DNA of 64,000 nucleotides from Heptranchias perlo (GCF_035084215.1 NW_027139666.1:4092001-4156000); one strand, 5' to 3'; counted from the first letter of the stretch, positions 39,218 through 54,129 are shown. The notes: generated by a model not told the origin, from the sequence alone. Made by a program: numbers and translations.

Positions 39218-40185
39218 CTGTATCTGTCAGTCTCTGGTCCCGTATGTGAGTCGGATTCATTCTGAATCTGTCAGTCTCTGGTACTGTATGTGAGTGTGGG
39301 ATTCATTCTGTATCTATCAGTCTCTAGTACTGTTTGTGAGTGTGGGATTCATTCTGTATCTTTCAGTCTCTAGTAATGTTTGTGAGTGTGGGATTCATTC
39401 TGTATCTATCAGTCTCTAGTACTGTGTGTGAGTGTGGGATTCATTCTGTATCTATCAGTCTCTAGTACTGTGTGTGAGTGTGGGATTCATTCTGTATCTA
39501 TCAGTCTCTGGTACTGTGTGTGAGTGTGGGATTTATTCTGTATCTGTCAGTCTCCAGTACTGTGTGTGAGTGTGGGATTCATTCTGTATCTGTCAGTCTC
39601 GGGTACTGTGTGTGAGTGTGGGATTCATTCGAGATCTGTCAGTCTCTGGAACTGTGTGCGAGTGTGGGATTCATTCTGTATCTGTCAGTCTCTGGTACTG
39701 TGTGTGAGTGTGGGAATCATCCGGTATCTGTCAGTCTCTGGTACTATGTGTGAGTGTGGGATTCATTCTGTATCTGTCAGTCTCTGGTACTGCATTTGAA
39801 TGTAGGATTCATTCTGTATCTGTCAGTCTCTTGGCCTGTGTGTGAGTGTGGGATTCATTCTGTATCTGTCAGTCTCTGGTACTGTATTTGAATGTAGGAT
39901 TCAATCTAAATCTGTCAGTCTCTTGTCCTGTGTGTGAGTGTGGGGTGCATTCTGTATTTGTAGTCTCTGGTACTGTGTGTGAATGTGGGATACATTCTGT
40001 ATCTGTCAGTCTCTGGTACTGTGTGTGAGTGAGTGATTTATTCTGTATCTGTCAGTCTCTGGTACTGTGTGTGAGTGTGGGATTCACTCTGTATCTGTCA
40101 GTCTCCAGTACTGTATGTGAGTTTCGGATTCCTTCTGCATGTCAGTCTCTGTATTGTATCTGAGTGTGAGATTCATTCTGTGTCT
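39218..40185 (-). repeat. 46-bp minisatellite array, inverted, ~21 units
   Basis: Repeated tgtgagtgtgggattcattctgtatctgtcagtctctggtactgtg. Confidence 0.92.
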
Positions 40186-40605
40186 ATATTTATTCTCTCA
40201 GATTACATTATGGTGTTCAATATTGTAGCTTTAATATCTTAATGTTTAAATAGTTTTTATCAATATGGATACACTTTAGGATTTGATGCTGGAGGTTTAA
40301 ATCAGATAATTTGTGTGCTTTTTGGACAACTATTAAATCTGTATCTCTGAGTAATATTGTGAATGATAATGATAATGTATCTTTCAAACTGACATTTTTG
40401 AATTGGTATATAATGTGCAGATCAGTCTGCACGAAATGAATTGATACTGCATCTTTAATTTTTGTTTTGTATGATTTTTGGACTTGTGTGTCTGTGATAC
40501 TGTGTCATTAAATCTCTTGATGTGGAGATGCCGGTGATGGACTGGGGTTGACAATTGTAAACAATTTTACAACACCAAGTTATAGTCCAGCAATTTTATT
40601 TTAAA

Positions 40606-40644
40606 TTCACAAGCTTTCGGAGATTTTCTCCTTCCTCAGGCAAA
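40606..40644 (-). ncRNA. Minimal hammerhead ribozyme motif
   Basis: Reverse complement TTTGC-CTGAGGA-A-GGAG-AAAAT-CTCC-GAAA-GC-TT-GTGAA. Confidence 0.7.
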
Positions 40645-40895
40645 TGTTTCAAGATCTCCTTGAAGCCTACGCATTTATACATATTGAACAATAATAAATG
40701 GTGTTTACAGACTGCCCCTGCAACTGCCCGTTGCCAAGGCAATCACCGTGTTCAGACAGAGAGGTGTTACCTGCAGAACCTCCGAATACACATTCAATAA
40801 AAAAACAAACAGGGAAAAAAAAACAGAGAAAAAAAAACACAGAGAGAGGCAGAAACATCCGGAAGGCAGAGAGAGCCAGCAAATGACCCATTATA

Positions 40896-41890
40896 TTAAA
40901 AACAGATAACATTTGTTCGCTGGTGGGGTAACGTGTAGCGTGACATGAACCCAAGATCCCGGTTGAGGCCGTCCTCATGGGTGCGGAACTTGGCTATCAA
41001 TTTCTGCTCGACGATTTTGCGTTGTCGTGTGTCTCGAAGGCCGCCTTGGAGTACGCTTACCCGAAGGTCGGTGGATGAATGTCCATGACTGCTGAAGTGT
41101 TCCCCGACTGGGAGGGAACCCTCCTGTTTGGCGATTGTTGCGCGGTGTCCGTTCATCCGTTGTCGCAGCGTCTGCATGGTCTCGCCAATGTACCATGCTC
41201 TGGGGCATCCTTTCCTGCAACGTATGAGGTAGACAACGTTGGCTGAGTCACAGGAGTATGAACCATGCACCTGGTGGGTGGTGTCATCTCGTGTGATGGT
41301 GGTATCTGTGTCGATGATCTGGCATGTCTTGCAGAGGTTACCGTGGCAGGGTTGTGTGGCGTCGTGGACGCTGTTCTCTTGAAAGCTAGGTAGTTTGCTG
41401 CGAACGATGGTCTGTTTGAGGTTGGGTGGCTGTTTAAAGGCGAGTAGTGGAGGTGTGGGGATGGCCATAGCGAGGTGTTTGTCCTCATTGATGACATGTT
41501 GAAGGCTGCGGAGAACATGGCGTAGTTTCTCCGCTCCGGGGAAGTACTGGACGACAAAGGGTACTCTGTTGGTTGCGTCCCGTGTTAGTCTCCTGAGGAG
41601 GTCTATGCGATTTTTTGCTGTGGCCCGTCGGAACTGTCGATCGATGAGTCGAGCGTCATATCCCGTTCTTACTAGGGCGTCTTTCAGCGTCTGTAGGTGT
41701 CCATCGCGTTCCTCCTCGTCTGAGCAGACCCTGTGTATTCGCAGGGCCTGTCCATAGGGGATGGCCTCTTTGACGTGGTTAGGGTGGAAGCTGGAAAAGT
41801 GGAGCATCGTGAGGTTGTCCGTGGGCTTGCGGTAGAGTGAGGTGCTGAGGTGCCCGTCTTTGATGGAGATTCGTGTGTCCAAGAAAGAAA
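40896..41890 (-). CDS. Penelope-like ORF fragment: RT C-terminus and GIY-YIG endonuclease (5'-truncated)
   Basis: FLDTRISIKDGHLSTSLYRKPTD...HP..K.AIPYGQALRIHRVCS...C..C..C...NVVYLIRC...WYIGET...R.R.NGH...GEHF...E..LI......GLN. Confidence 0.88.
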
Positions 41891-41891
41891 C

Positions 41892-42667
41892 TAAGAACGG
41901 GATATGACGCTCGACTCATCGATCGACAGTTCCGACGGGCCACAGCAAAAAATCGCATAGACCTCCTCAGGAGACTAACACGGGACGCAACCAACAGAGT
42001 ACCTTTTGTCGTCCAGTACTTCCCCGGAGCGGAGAAACTACGCCATGTTCTCCGCAGCCTTCAACATGTCATCAATGAGGACAAACACCTCGCTATGGCC
42101 ATCCCCACACCTCCACTACTCGCCTTTAAACAGCCACCCAACCTCAAACAGACCATCGTTCGCAGCAAACTACCTAGCTTTCAAGAGAACAGCGTCCACG
42201 ACGCCACACAACCCTGCCACGGTAACCTCTGCAAGACATGCCAGATCATCGACACAGATACCACCATCACACGAGATGACACCACCCACCAGGTGCATGG
42301 TTCATACTCCTGTGACTCAGCCAACGTTGTCTACCTCATACGTTGCAGGAAAGGATGCCCCAGAGCATGGTACATTGGCGAGACCATGCAGACGCTGCGA
42401 CAACGGATGAACGGACACCGCGCAACAATCGCCAAACAGGAGGGTTCCCTCCCAGTCGGGGAACACTTCAGCAGTCATGGACATTCATCCACCGACCTTC
42501 GGGTAAGCGTACTCCAAGGCGGCCTTCGAGACACACGACAACGCAAAATCGTCGAGCAGAAATTGATAGCCAAGTTCCGCACCCATGAGGACGGCCTCAA
42601 CCGGGATCTTGGGTTCATGTCACGCTACACGTTACCCCACCAGCGAACAAATGTTATCTGTTTTTAA
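41892..42667 (+). CDS. Inverted duplicate of the Penelope ORF 3' part (GIY-YIG domain), no true start
   Basis: Protein identical to the minus-strand frame from RTGYDARL onward. Confidence 0.8.
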
Positions 42668-42918
42668 TATAATGGGTCATTTGCTGGCTCTCTCTGCCTT
42701 CCGGATGTTTCTGCCTCTCTCTGTGTTTTTTTTTCTCTGTTTTTTTTTCCCTGTTTGTTTTTTTATTGAATGTGTATTCGGAGGTTCTGCAGGTAACACC
42801 TCTCTGTCTGAACACGGTGATTGCCTTGGCAACGGGCAGTTGCAGGGGCAGTCTGTAAACACCATTTATTATTGTTCAATATGTATAAATGCGTAGGCTT
42901 CAAGGAGATCTTGAAACA

Positions 42919-42957
42919 TTTGCCTGAGGAAGGAGAAAATCTCCGAAAGCTTGTGAA
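42919..42957 (+). ncRNA. Minimal hammerhead ribozyme motif
   Basis: TTTGC-CTGAGGA-A-GGAG-AAAAT-CTCC-GAAA-GC-TT-GTGAA. Confidence 0.7.
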
Positions 42958-44565
42958 TTTAAAATAAAATTGCTGGACTATAACTTGGTGTTGTAAAATT
43001 GTTTACAATTAAATCTCTTAACATGAGTATATTATAAACTGGTATCTAATGTGTTTCTCAGGTTATACTGTCACAGCATTTCTCAATCTGATATTGTACA
43101 TGAGTTTTGGACTTGCAATTTGTATCCGAATGATGCACTATTCGAATGAATAAGGCATGTATTGAACTCACGTGTGTGTGAGAGTTCTGGGCTAGTATTC
43201 AATTTGAATCTCGGGGTATCTGGTATTTAATTCACGGCTAATATTGCCATTTTGTGAAATTGACAATCTGAAAACGAGACTTTGGACTGGAATTTTTGTA
43301 TCTACCTGTCAGCGGGACTGAGTTCGGGAGAAATGGAACAGTGTCTGCCTCACCTCCTCTGTTTGGCTGTTGGATTGAAAATGTGTCTCTGGAACTTGGG
43401 ATCAGTGTGGGACTGACTACTTCTGCTGTCTGAGACTGTGGAACTGATGACCTGTCTGTGTCTCTGTGCTCTGAGAGTGATAATATACATACTGTGTGTG
43501 AGAAGGCGCTGGCTGCACTGTTCCTTTGCCTCGGGTGGAGGAAACGTCACATTCACTCTGGCTCGTTCAAGGGTTTGCCTGTAGAAAGAAACGTATCGCA
43601 TGTAACTCAAGAACAGGTGAGGTAGAAAATACGTAACTGTTAACCCATCAACACATCCAGTGGCACATTTGGACAGGGAAACTACTGGCAAACAGGTACA
43701 GAATGGTCTGATTACGATCCTACACTTTCACGTGAGGCATCTACACCCGCAGTGTCAATCTAACTCGGACATCGATACAGGGAGAGGCTCGGGCACGCGT
43801 GCAAAATACAAGAGATGCAAGTTTTCATTTCCGATATAGTATCAGCTTGGCACTGTTGGAAATATTTTCATCTCTAATGAACCAGACTCGGATCAAATAA
43901 AGTTTGTCTATTTTTCCTCTCCAGTTATTGTGACAGAGGCTGTTTCACTGTAACTCGCACGAATAGAACTTAAGTGTTTTCGCTCAGCGCTATAATCAGA
44001 AGCAGTGTAAAACTTAGTGTCACATTCACTGCGGTACTCGTCACTGACACAGGAACAGACTGACAGGGACAGAATAAATCCCTCACTCAGCCAATAACAG
44101 ACAAATTTCATTCACTGATTCAGCAATCGCTGACACAATAATCAACACATCCGTCACCTCCTGGCGGACAAATCTGGGTATTGGAAGTCAGACCGAGTCA
44201 GTGTTCTGGGAGGATGAGACTGTAAATAACACTTACAATAATGGCCGCAACACAATAGAGTGCCTCTTGTTGCCGATGATCAAACTCACCTGTTATTTCT
44301 GTATTCCACCCTCCCAGTTTAATGAACTGATTATTTTGTGCCTCATTTCCGATACAATCTGTAAATTTCAACCTATTGGAGGTTGGCGACATCTACTGTC
44401 CAGAAGCGAGTATTGAACAGATTATTTGTATTCAACAATATATCGTTAGTTTCTAACTAAGCGATTTATTATTAAATTAAGCTCTGACTCGCTTCAGCCC
44501 TTTCATAGATACAGTGGGTGGCTCTGAAAAGAGCCTTTGGGTTATCAGATTAAATCTTGACCGGT

Positions 44566-44984
<419 letters not shown>

Positions 44985-45888
44985 TTCCACAATCTCACAA
45001 ACACTTTCACAAAGAATGAAGAATGACGGCTGTATTCACCCTTTTTATTGACTGAAAGATCATCTGATTGGTTGGGCATTATTACACCTCATTTGCCTAT
45101 TTCAATAACCAATCAGATAGCTGGAAATTAGATGAGGGCGGGATTTAACGGCCTCAACGGACAGATCAGGAATTTTATGAATTTGAAAAAACCCGCCAGT
45201 GTCGTAAAGGACCGGATTTAGATCAATGTCGCCCTGAGCACAAGATTTTAAACCCGTTCAATTTATCTTGTCTTATTCAGCGCTACCCGTCACCAATCGC
45301 TGGCGCTGTTTTAAAATCTGCTTTAATTTATGGCTCATTCTATTATCGCTTACAAACTGTACCGGACGGGACTAAAGCCCCATTCACAGCATTCCGTGAA
45401 GTGACACGTTTCAATTCAGTCTTTCTGAAAGTGACACGTTATAGTTTGTTCCCTTCTCACAGAGCCGGGAGTGCTTCTATGAAACGAGGGACCCGGACGG
45501 AATTCTCATTCTGCCCCTATTCCGCTGTGTTTCTGCAAGGGGTGCGTTTGCTTTTAATATGGGGATTTTCACCTCAGACATTAAACATTTCTGAGATTGA
45601 ATTCATAGAGATAATGGAATTGCTCCCGGGGTCATTCAGGGTGTGTTCGTGGCTGGAATAGTAACGCTTTAAGAACAAAACGAATGGGAAGGAGCGGATC
45701 AGAAACTCGCGTTCAGTTTATGGGTCAGAAATTTCAACGGTGCAGTTACAGTATCAGTTTTGGATTGGAATAATATCGCGGTATTAAAAGATACTAAGCA
45801 ATTATATAGGAAATGCAGCTCTTTCAGAGAGGTTGTGGGTGGCTCTTAAAAGAGCCGTTGTGGTTTTTTTTCAGTACATTGTGGAGTT

Positions 45889-46263
45889 TTACTTGGAGCT
45901 GGTGTACTTGGTCACCGCCTTTGTCCCTTCCGACACAGCGTGCTTGGCCAGTTCCCCGGGCAGCAGCAGGCGCACGGCGGTCTGGATCTCCCGGGAGCTG
46001 ATGGTCGCCCGCTTGTTGTAATGGGCCAGGCGGGAAGCCTCACCCGCGATGCGCTCGAAAATATCGTTCACAAAGGAGTTCATGATGCCCATGGCCTTGG
46101 AGGAGATGCCGGTGTCGGGGTGAACCTGCTTCATCACTTTGTAGATATAGATGGAGTAACTCTCCTTCCTCGACTTTCTCCGCTTCTTGCCGCCCTTGGC
46201 TGGTGCTTTACTCAAGGTTTTCTTGGCGCCCTTCTTGGGAGCTGCTTTCTTGTCCTCAGGCAT
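45889..46263 (-). CDS. H2B: Histone H2B
   Basis: Intact ORF (YIYK, MGIMNS, KRATIS variant); stem-loop at 45841-45856. Confidence 0.97.
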   Translation of the reverse strand: MPEDKKAAPKKGAKKTLSKAPAKGGKKRRKSRKESYSIYIYKVMKQVHPDTGISSKAMGIMNSFVNDIFERIAGEASRLAHYNKRATISSREIQTAVRLLLPGELAKHAVSEGTKAVTKYTSSK

Positions 46264-47169
46264 TTTCAAACTCAATTTCAGACCCAGAAATGACCCAAAT
46301 CCGCTCCGAGCTCGGATTAAATAGGCAGCCCCACAACCCTATGGTAATGAGGGATGGGGGAAGGCAATGATTGTGATTGGGTCACTGAGAGTGATGTCGC
46401 AATAATTATTCACTGTAACTCTCTGATTGGATACCTGAAGAAACCAAACAGATTTAGAACCTGCCACCAATCACAAACACGCTCACACTGCACATTGTTC
46501 GGTTTCAGCAATTTGTTCCGAACTGTTGCAGTTCTGCTTCCGGCCAGTAGATGTCCCCAAACCCCGGGTCAATGAAGTTTGCCGATGAGAGAGGGACAGA
46601 AGATAAACTCATTCTTCACAATATTTTGCACGGGTGTGATTTAGAAAAACTGGGAATGGAGACGAGATGCAAATACATTTTGTTAGACCAAGCATTGGTT
46701 TTAATGCTGTGTTAAATTCTTGTAATTGATTTTGGGATTATAGCCAATACTTCGACAAAATATACTTGCAGAACGGCCGTGTAAATGTGTATTGAATTTC
46801 AATATAGAAAGTTGTGAGCTGGTGCATTTTGTTAGGGGGAATAAGGAGGCCACATACTGCTTGGAAAATATGAGTTTAAATGGGGTAGAGGAGCAATGTA
46901 AATCGTGTCCTGAGAAATCAGAGAGAAATACTGCGCAATGTAAGTGAAAAATAACGGGGTAAATTCACAACTATCGAATGAGTGAAACAAAAACTTTATT
47001 TTGAATCAATTGTCTTCATTTTGCAATCACGAAACGTGCAAAATTACGAGAGGAGAAGTGACAGACAGAAACTTTCCTCACATTGCACATTGTCCTGTTT
47101 CTGCAACCACGACAGATAATGTGAATTTGTTTTCCGCACTTTCACAGTTCTCGCCTACGTCCAGTAGAG

Positions 47170-50100
47170 GTCAGTCTCTTGTACTGTGTTTGAGAGCGGG
47201 ATTTCATCTGTATCTGTCAATCTCTGATACTGTGTGTGTGGGATTCATTCTGCATCTGTCATTCTCTGGTACTGAGTATGAGCATGGTATTTATTCTGTA
47301 TCTCTCAGTCTCTGGCACTACATATGAGTTTAGGATCGTTCTGCGTCTGCCAGTCTCTTTCACTGTATATGAGAGAGGGATTAATTCTGTATCTGCCAGT
47401 CTCAGGTACTGTGCATAAGTGTGGAATTAACTCTGTAACTGTCAGTCTCTGGTGCTATCTGTGAGTGTGGGATTCATTCTGCATCTGCCATTCTCAGCTA
47501 CTTTATCTCAGTGTGGCATTCATTCTGTAATTCAGTCCCTGAGACAAAGTGCAAATCTGGATTCACTCTGTATTCTTATTTCAGTTCCCAGTATTTTACT
47601 TGAAACTGTATCTTTAATACTTTAAAGTATATGCAGTTTTTCGTCAAGTATTTAATTTGTAAATATGGATATATTTTTCGATTTTCTTTAATCAAACAAA
47701 GTGTGTGGGTTTTGGAGTAGTATTACATCTTAATCTCTAAACTCATATGTGAATGATAATGTAACTTTCAATCTGTTCATGGTGAAATTATTGGACTGGT
47801 ATGTAATGTGTAGCTCAGATCTGCAATAATGTCTGTGAGTACTGTCTGTGAGTGTGGGATTCATTATGTTCCTGTCAGTTTCTGGTACTGTGTGTGAGTG
47901 AGCTTAATTTTGTATCTGTCAGTCTCTGGTGCTGTATGTGGGCGTGGGATTCATTCTGTATCTGTCAGTCTCTCGATCTGTATGTGAGTGTGGGATTCAT
48001 TCTGTATCTGTCAGTCTCTGGTACTGTGTGTGAGTGTGGGTTTCATTCTGTATCGATCAGTCTCTGGTATTGCATGTGAGTGTGAGATTCATTCTGTATA
48101 TGTCAGTCCCTGGTACTGAATGTGAGTGTGGGATTCATTCTGTATCTGTCAGTCCCTGGTACTGAATGTGAGTGTGGGAATCATTCAATATCTGTCAGTC
48201 CCTGGTACTGTGTGTGAATGAGGGTTTCATTCTGTTCCCCTCAGTGTCAGGCGATATATGTGAGGGAGTCATTCATTCTGCATCTATCAATTTCTAGTAC
48301 TGTTTGTGAGTGATATGAATGTTGTCTCCGTCAGTCCATGCTACACTGTGCGAGTGTGGGTTTCATTCTGTTTTTCAGTCTCTGGTACTGTGGAAGTGTG
48401 TGATTCATTCTATGTCTGTCAGTCCCTTGTACTGTGTGTGAGTGTCGGATTCATTCGGTATCTGTCAGTCACTGTTACATTGTGTGAGTGTAGGATTCAT
48501 TCTGTATCTGTCAGTCAATGTTACATTGTTTGAGTGCTGGTTTCAATCTGCATCTCAGTATCTGGCCCTCTATCTGAGTGTGAGATTCATTCTTTATCTG
48601 TATGTTATTTGCATCTCCGTTTACACTATGGTGGTCAAAACTATCTTTAATACCTCAATGTATCAATATTTTTTCCCAGTGTTTAATTGGTAGATAATGA
48701 TACATTTTAAAATGTAATGTTGTAGTTTATAATCAGAGAATGTGGGCACTTTTTGGACTTCAATTAAATCTGTATCGATGGGAAAACAATTGTGAATTCG
48801 TTTATCTTCCAAAATGATATGGTGACATTTTTGAACTTTTATATCATGTGGAGCTCAGTCTGCATGAATGGAACACAGTGTATTTCAGTCTGAATCCGTA
48901 TCAGTTTTTTGTAGTGGTTTATAATGTGTAGATCAGTCTGCACTAATGCAATTGATAATGTATCTTTCAATCTGACACTATGAGATTTTTGGACTGATAA
49001 GTATTGTGCAACTCAGACTGCATTAATGTGTGTGACTGTGAGATTCATTCTGTATCTGTCAGTCCCTAGTACTGTCTGTGAATGTGTGATTCATTCTGTA
49101 TCTGTCAGGCTCTGGTACTTTGGAAGTATGTGATTCATTCTATATCTGTCAGTCCCTTGTACTGTGTGTGAATTTTGGATTCATTCTGTATCTGTCAGTC
49201 ACTGTTACATTGTGTGAGCGCTGCTTTCCTTCAGTTTGTCAGTCTCTGGCCCTCTATCTGAGTGTGAGATTCATTCTTTATCTCTATGTAATTTGTATCT
49301 CCATTTACAGTATGATGTTCAAATCTGTATCTTCAATACCTCAATGTATGCATATTTTTCCCAGTGTTTAATTGGCTGATAATGAAATTCTGTAGAATAT
49401 AGTCAGAGAATGTGTGCACTTTTGAGAATACTATTAAATCGGTATCGATGTGAACACAATTGTGCATTAGTTTATCTTCCAAACTGATAACGTGACATTT
49501 TTGAACTTGTATATGACGTGTAGCTTAGTCTGCATGAATGGAATACTGTATATTTCAGAGTGAATTTGCATCAGTTTTTTGTCGTGGTTTATAATGTGCA
49601 GATCAGTCTGCACTAATGGAATTGATATTGTATCTTTCAATCTGATACTTCTTGGACTGCTAAGTAATGTGTTACTCAGCCTGCACTAATGTGTGATTCA
49701 TTTTGTATCTCCCAGTCTCTGGAACAGTGTGTGAGTGTGAGATTCATTCTGTATCTTGTCAGTAGTGTGTGTGAGTTTGTGATTTATTCCATATATGCAG
49801 TCTCTGATACTGTGAGTGTTGGATTTATTCTATGTCTTTCAGTCTCCAGTCTTGTATGTGGGTGTTGAATTCATTCTATATATGCAGCCTCTCAGACTGC
49901 ATGTTGGTGTGGGATGCATTCTCTATCTGTCAGTCTCTGGTACTTTGTTTGAGTGTGTGATTCATTCTCTATCTGTCAGACTCTGGTACTGTGTGAATGT
50001 GGGTGTCATTATTTATCTGTCAGTCTCTAGTACTTTATGAGAGTGAGTAATTAACCAGATATCTATCAGTCCTTGGTACTGTATGCCAGTGTGGGATTCA

Positions 50101-50550
50101 ATCTGTATCTGTCATCTCTGGTACCATGTGTGAGTGTAGGATTCGCTCTGTGTCTGTCAGTCTCTAGTATTGTATGTGAGTTTGGGATTCCTTCTGCATC
50201 TGTCAGTCTCTGGTACTGTATCTGAGTGTGAGATTCATTCTGTATTTGTATGTAATTATTCTCTCAGATTGCATTATTGCGTTCAAAATTGTAGCTTTAA
50301 TATCTTCATGTTTAGGTCATATTTCTCATTATTTAACTGGTAAATATGGGTACACTTTAGGATTTGACGCTGTAGGTTTTAATCAGATAATTTGTGTGCT
50401 TTTTGAACTACTATTAAATCTGTATCTCTGTAAGTACAATTGTGAATGATAATGTACATTTCAAATTGATATGGTGACACTTTTCAAATGGTATATAATG
50501 TGTAGCTCAGTCTGCACTAATAGAATTGATACTGTATCTATAAATCTCAT
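47170..50550 (-). repeat. Inverted 46-bp/82-bp satellite region with internal duplication (~48370-49030 / 49100-49690)
   Basis: Reverse-complement monomers of both satellites. Confidence 0.85.
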
Positions 50551-53500
50551 ACTATGAGTGTATTATAAACTGATATCTAATTTGTTTCTCAGGTTACACT
50601 GTCACAGCATTTCTCAATCTGATACTGTACATGAGTTTTGGACTGGTATGGAATTTGTATCACATGATACATGCAATATCCATTCGAATAGTGTATTAAA
50701 CTCACATGTGTGTGTGAGTTCTGGACTAGTATTCAATTGGAATCTCAGGGTACATTATTGGGATAGATTATGTACCTTCCAATCGGGTGCCATGTGTGAT
50801 TTCGATCTGTTATTTAATTCGTACCTAATGTTGCCCTATTGTGAGATTGACACAGTGCCTTTCAATCTGATAGTGTGAACTTGGACTGGGATTTTTGTAT
50901 CTGCCTGTCAACGGGACTCAGCTCGGGGGAAATGGAACAGCGTCTGCCTCACCTGCTCTGTTTGAACGTTGGATTGAAAAAGTGCCGGTGGAACTTGGGA
51001 TCAGTGTGGGACTGACTGCTTCTACTGTCTGAGACTGTGGAACTGATGACCTGTCTGTGTCTCTGTGCGCTGTGTGTGATAATGTACTTACTGTGTGGGA
51101 GAAGGAGTTGGCTGCACTGTTCCTTGTGCCTCGAGTGGAGGAAACATAACACTGATTCTGGGTCCTTCAAGGATTTGCCTGTCGGAAGAAATTTATCTCT
51201 TGTAACTCAAGAACCAGTGAGGCAGAAAATACAAAAGTGTTCGAATTAATACCCATGTCAACGATTATTTTGAATATCCACAAATGAAAACCAGTGATAC
51301 AAACAGTGTCAGTGTCTGACTCCACTGCAGTACTGCAGCACTCAGCTTCTGCACACCAGGTGTGTTGGGCAATTTTACAACAATTTAGTGACATCCAGAC
51401 ACAACCCAACCCCTGCACTGATCCATGAATGGGACAACCCGATGGGGCAGGGACCTTTGTACAGGTCAGGTTTCTAATCCCCTCTCCCATGGGACTTACC
51501 GTTCAAATGAAAGCAAACAGCCGTTGTTTAAAATGTGTCCTTCACACTTCCCACCTGGTGCCTGCAAGAGATGCTCTTTGTGTAACTCCCCACATCCTTA
51601 CTGTCCGGCTCTGTTTCCACTCTTCACTGTCCAATAACAACAAACAGGGTGAGACTGGAACGAAACCAGGAACATTCACTACTGGTTTGGGGAGAGAAAG
51701 CAGCAATGATTTTAAATAGCAGGTTCTTCCCATTCTCTCTCCGTTCCCCTGGACACACCCGGTACACACACAGCCCGAGAATGACCTCTCCCTTCCCCCG
51801 CTCACTCCATGTTCCGGGACCAGTTCCTGATCCACTCCGCCTCATACAAACAAACCCCCGGACTCCCCCTGAACTTCCCCCGGACTCAATGCCGATCTCT
51901 GAGTCCATCTGCGGACACGGTCCCGAAGCGATGAGCTGCTGTAACGAGGCTGCTCTTTGCTCCCTTCCCCCGGGGGCCGTGATCTCTCCATTCCCGGCTG
52001 TTTTAAACCATCTTCTTTCGCTCACTGAGGGAATGGCGCCCACAGGCCGAGCTGGGGGAGGGAACGCGCATGCGCTCTTCTGCTCACCAACAACCAGCCC
52101 TGGGGGCGGAGCTGAGTCACGCATGCGCAGATATCTGGTTTCAATCCCAATGCAAAAATCGATGGAAACTTTCCCCAATTGGAATTTTTCAGAGTCTGAG
52201 CAAAGGAAGTGGGTCTGGGGGAAAGGTCAGAGGGAATGGGGTCCACAGGCAGTGCAGGAACAGGCACCAGAATGGGAAAGAGATGGGATTCCACCAGTGC
52301 CTAACGCTGGAATCCAGACTGACTTTACAATCTCTAACTATGAAACTAGATGTTTCCATCCCTGCTGTTTCTCTCGGTATCTTTTGATGGTAAAGAGCCT
52401 TTCATGGATAAAGTGGGCGGCTGATAAATGGCTTTGATTCATTCTTGCACTCTTTACTGATAAAACTGAAGCGTGAGGAAGAAACTGGGGCGGTGGGAGG
52501 ATTTCTCAAACCAATCCTGGAGAAAAAAGGAGGAAAGAGTGAGTCGATGTGTTTGTTGGGATCGTGTAGGATTAATATCTGACAGCACTGGTCCCAGATT
52601 AATTTAATCAGAATGCAACTCTCGATTACTGAGAGTAATACTGAACGTCCCTGAGCTGCAAAACAGAATAAAGTACAACAGGCAAGAGAGGGTTAAATGT
52701 GGCCCATTGTTTTTGTCACTCTCTGAACTGAGTGTGGGATTAATGGTGTGTCTGCCTCTGGTGCAATATCAGTGAGAGATGAGATTGCATCTTTTGTCTC
52801 TCCAATGGGATCTTTCTGGATAAAACTAAACTTTACAGGTTAGTCTGCAACTGATACTGTGGCACTTTGTCTCTCCGTGTTCTCTCTCACCGTGTCTGTC
52901 TCCCTGTCTCCCTCTATCTGTCTCTCTCTGGTGCTGTATATGAATGTGGGATGCTGCTATTGAGCTTGATATGAACACACTGATAGGAAGTGTACGACTG
53001 TCAGTGTGTGTTTGTCTCTCTGTTGTGCTGGACATGAAGGTGGGATACTGTCTGACATAAAACAGAGAGAATGGGTTGTCCGGGCCGGGCCGCAGTGTAA
53101 CCGGGGATGTGTTCGGCTTCAGTCCCAGTTCATGGTCATTTCTTTTTCACAGATTCAGGGTGAGAGTCTCTGTGAGACGGTACCACTAGCGGAGAAACAT
53201 CGCGTCTCAACTCAAACCCCAACACATGAGATTCTCGAAATCAGCTAGAATAAAGTGTTTGTAAACTGCTGAACTCGTCCGGGAGGGGATGTGTGGGGAG
53301 ATAGAATCGGGGGAGTCTGGGACTGAAATGGAAGGAGGCGGGTTGACTTGTAATAGAAGGGACTGTATTTAGGCAGGAATATGACTGACTGTTAATTGTA
53401 ACGGGGCTTATTTAAAAGCTCCGGGTTTCTGGAAATCCTTGAATATGAAGTCCGAGTCTGTAAGGGTTTGTCCAGAGCGCTGTGTTTCGGTTCTATTATC

Positions 53501-54129
53501 GATAAACGGTTTGAAATTGGCGGGTGGAGAAAGCTGGAGGTGGAGCTGGAAGATCAGAGGCCGCTCTCTGCTCTGTCTGTCACTCTTTCACCTCCACTCC
53601 CGCCCTCTCTGTTTAATCCCTTACATGGAAGCAACGCGGGTAGTTGGACTCCAAGCACGGTTGACAAGTCAACAAGACGAAAGGCGAGTAATGTTTCTGA
53701 TCTCCTGGGCACCAGGTAATTCACTGTCATTTGTTTCTGTACAGAGTTACATTTCAGTGATTCCCCAGTGTGTTTGATGCGTTATTTAAATAATCCAACA
53801 AAATATAACAGAAACGGAGCGAAGCGCTGAATCCCAAAGATGTAGAAAGGTTAGTCGAACAGTTCTGGTGATGCCTTACGAGCCCAGCATGGCAACTATT
53901 TTCAATAAATACAAGAAATCTGGTGATGTTTGGACTGGGGTTCATAAGTCACCGTTTAAAGTACCGGACTGTGGTCGGTTCCCCGACTCCAGTCCCATTA
54001 ATACCCCATCTCGTCTACACCGAGACAAAAGAAGCTCAAAGTAACACTGGTCGCATGATATCAGCGTCTCCTTCAGTCAGTAACCAGTCTTTTTACACAT
54101 TCAGTGGGTGGATCTGAACATGAGCCTTT

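Larger units (their letters stand above)
40518..43007. mobile_element. Penelope-like retroelement as a 2.5-kb palindrome (two 5'-truncated copies head to head)
   Basis: Arms 40553-41671 and 41892-43010 are nearly identical, with a 220-bp spacer. TSD ATTAAATCTCTT at 40507-40518 and 43008-43019. Encodes RT thumb plus GIY-YIG. Confidence 0.95.

Noticed and set aside
39218-40185. Regular arrays that could look like CRISPR
   Set aside because: Tandem monomers without unique spacers, in a eukaryotic context with no cas genes.
43630-44130. Unique non-repeated spacer (also 53600-54110)
   Set aside because: No recognisable ORF, RNA or repeat signature by eye; needs a database search.
51649-52437. 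262-aa and similar ORFs in the NRF1 unit
   Set aside because: Frames are not preserved among the three paralogs and show no recognisable domain.
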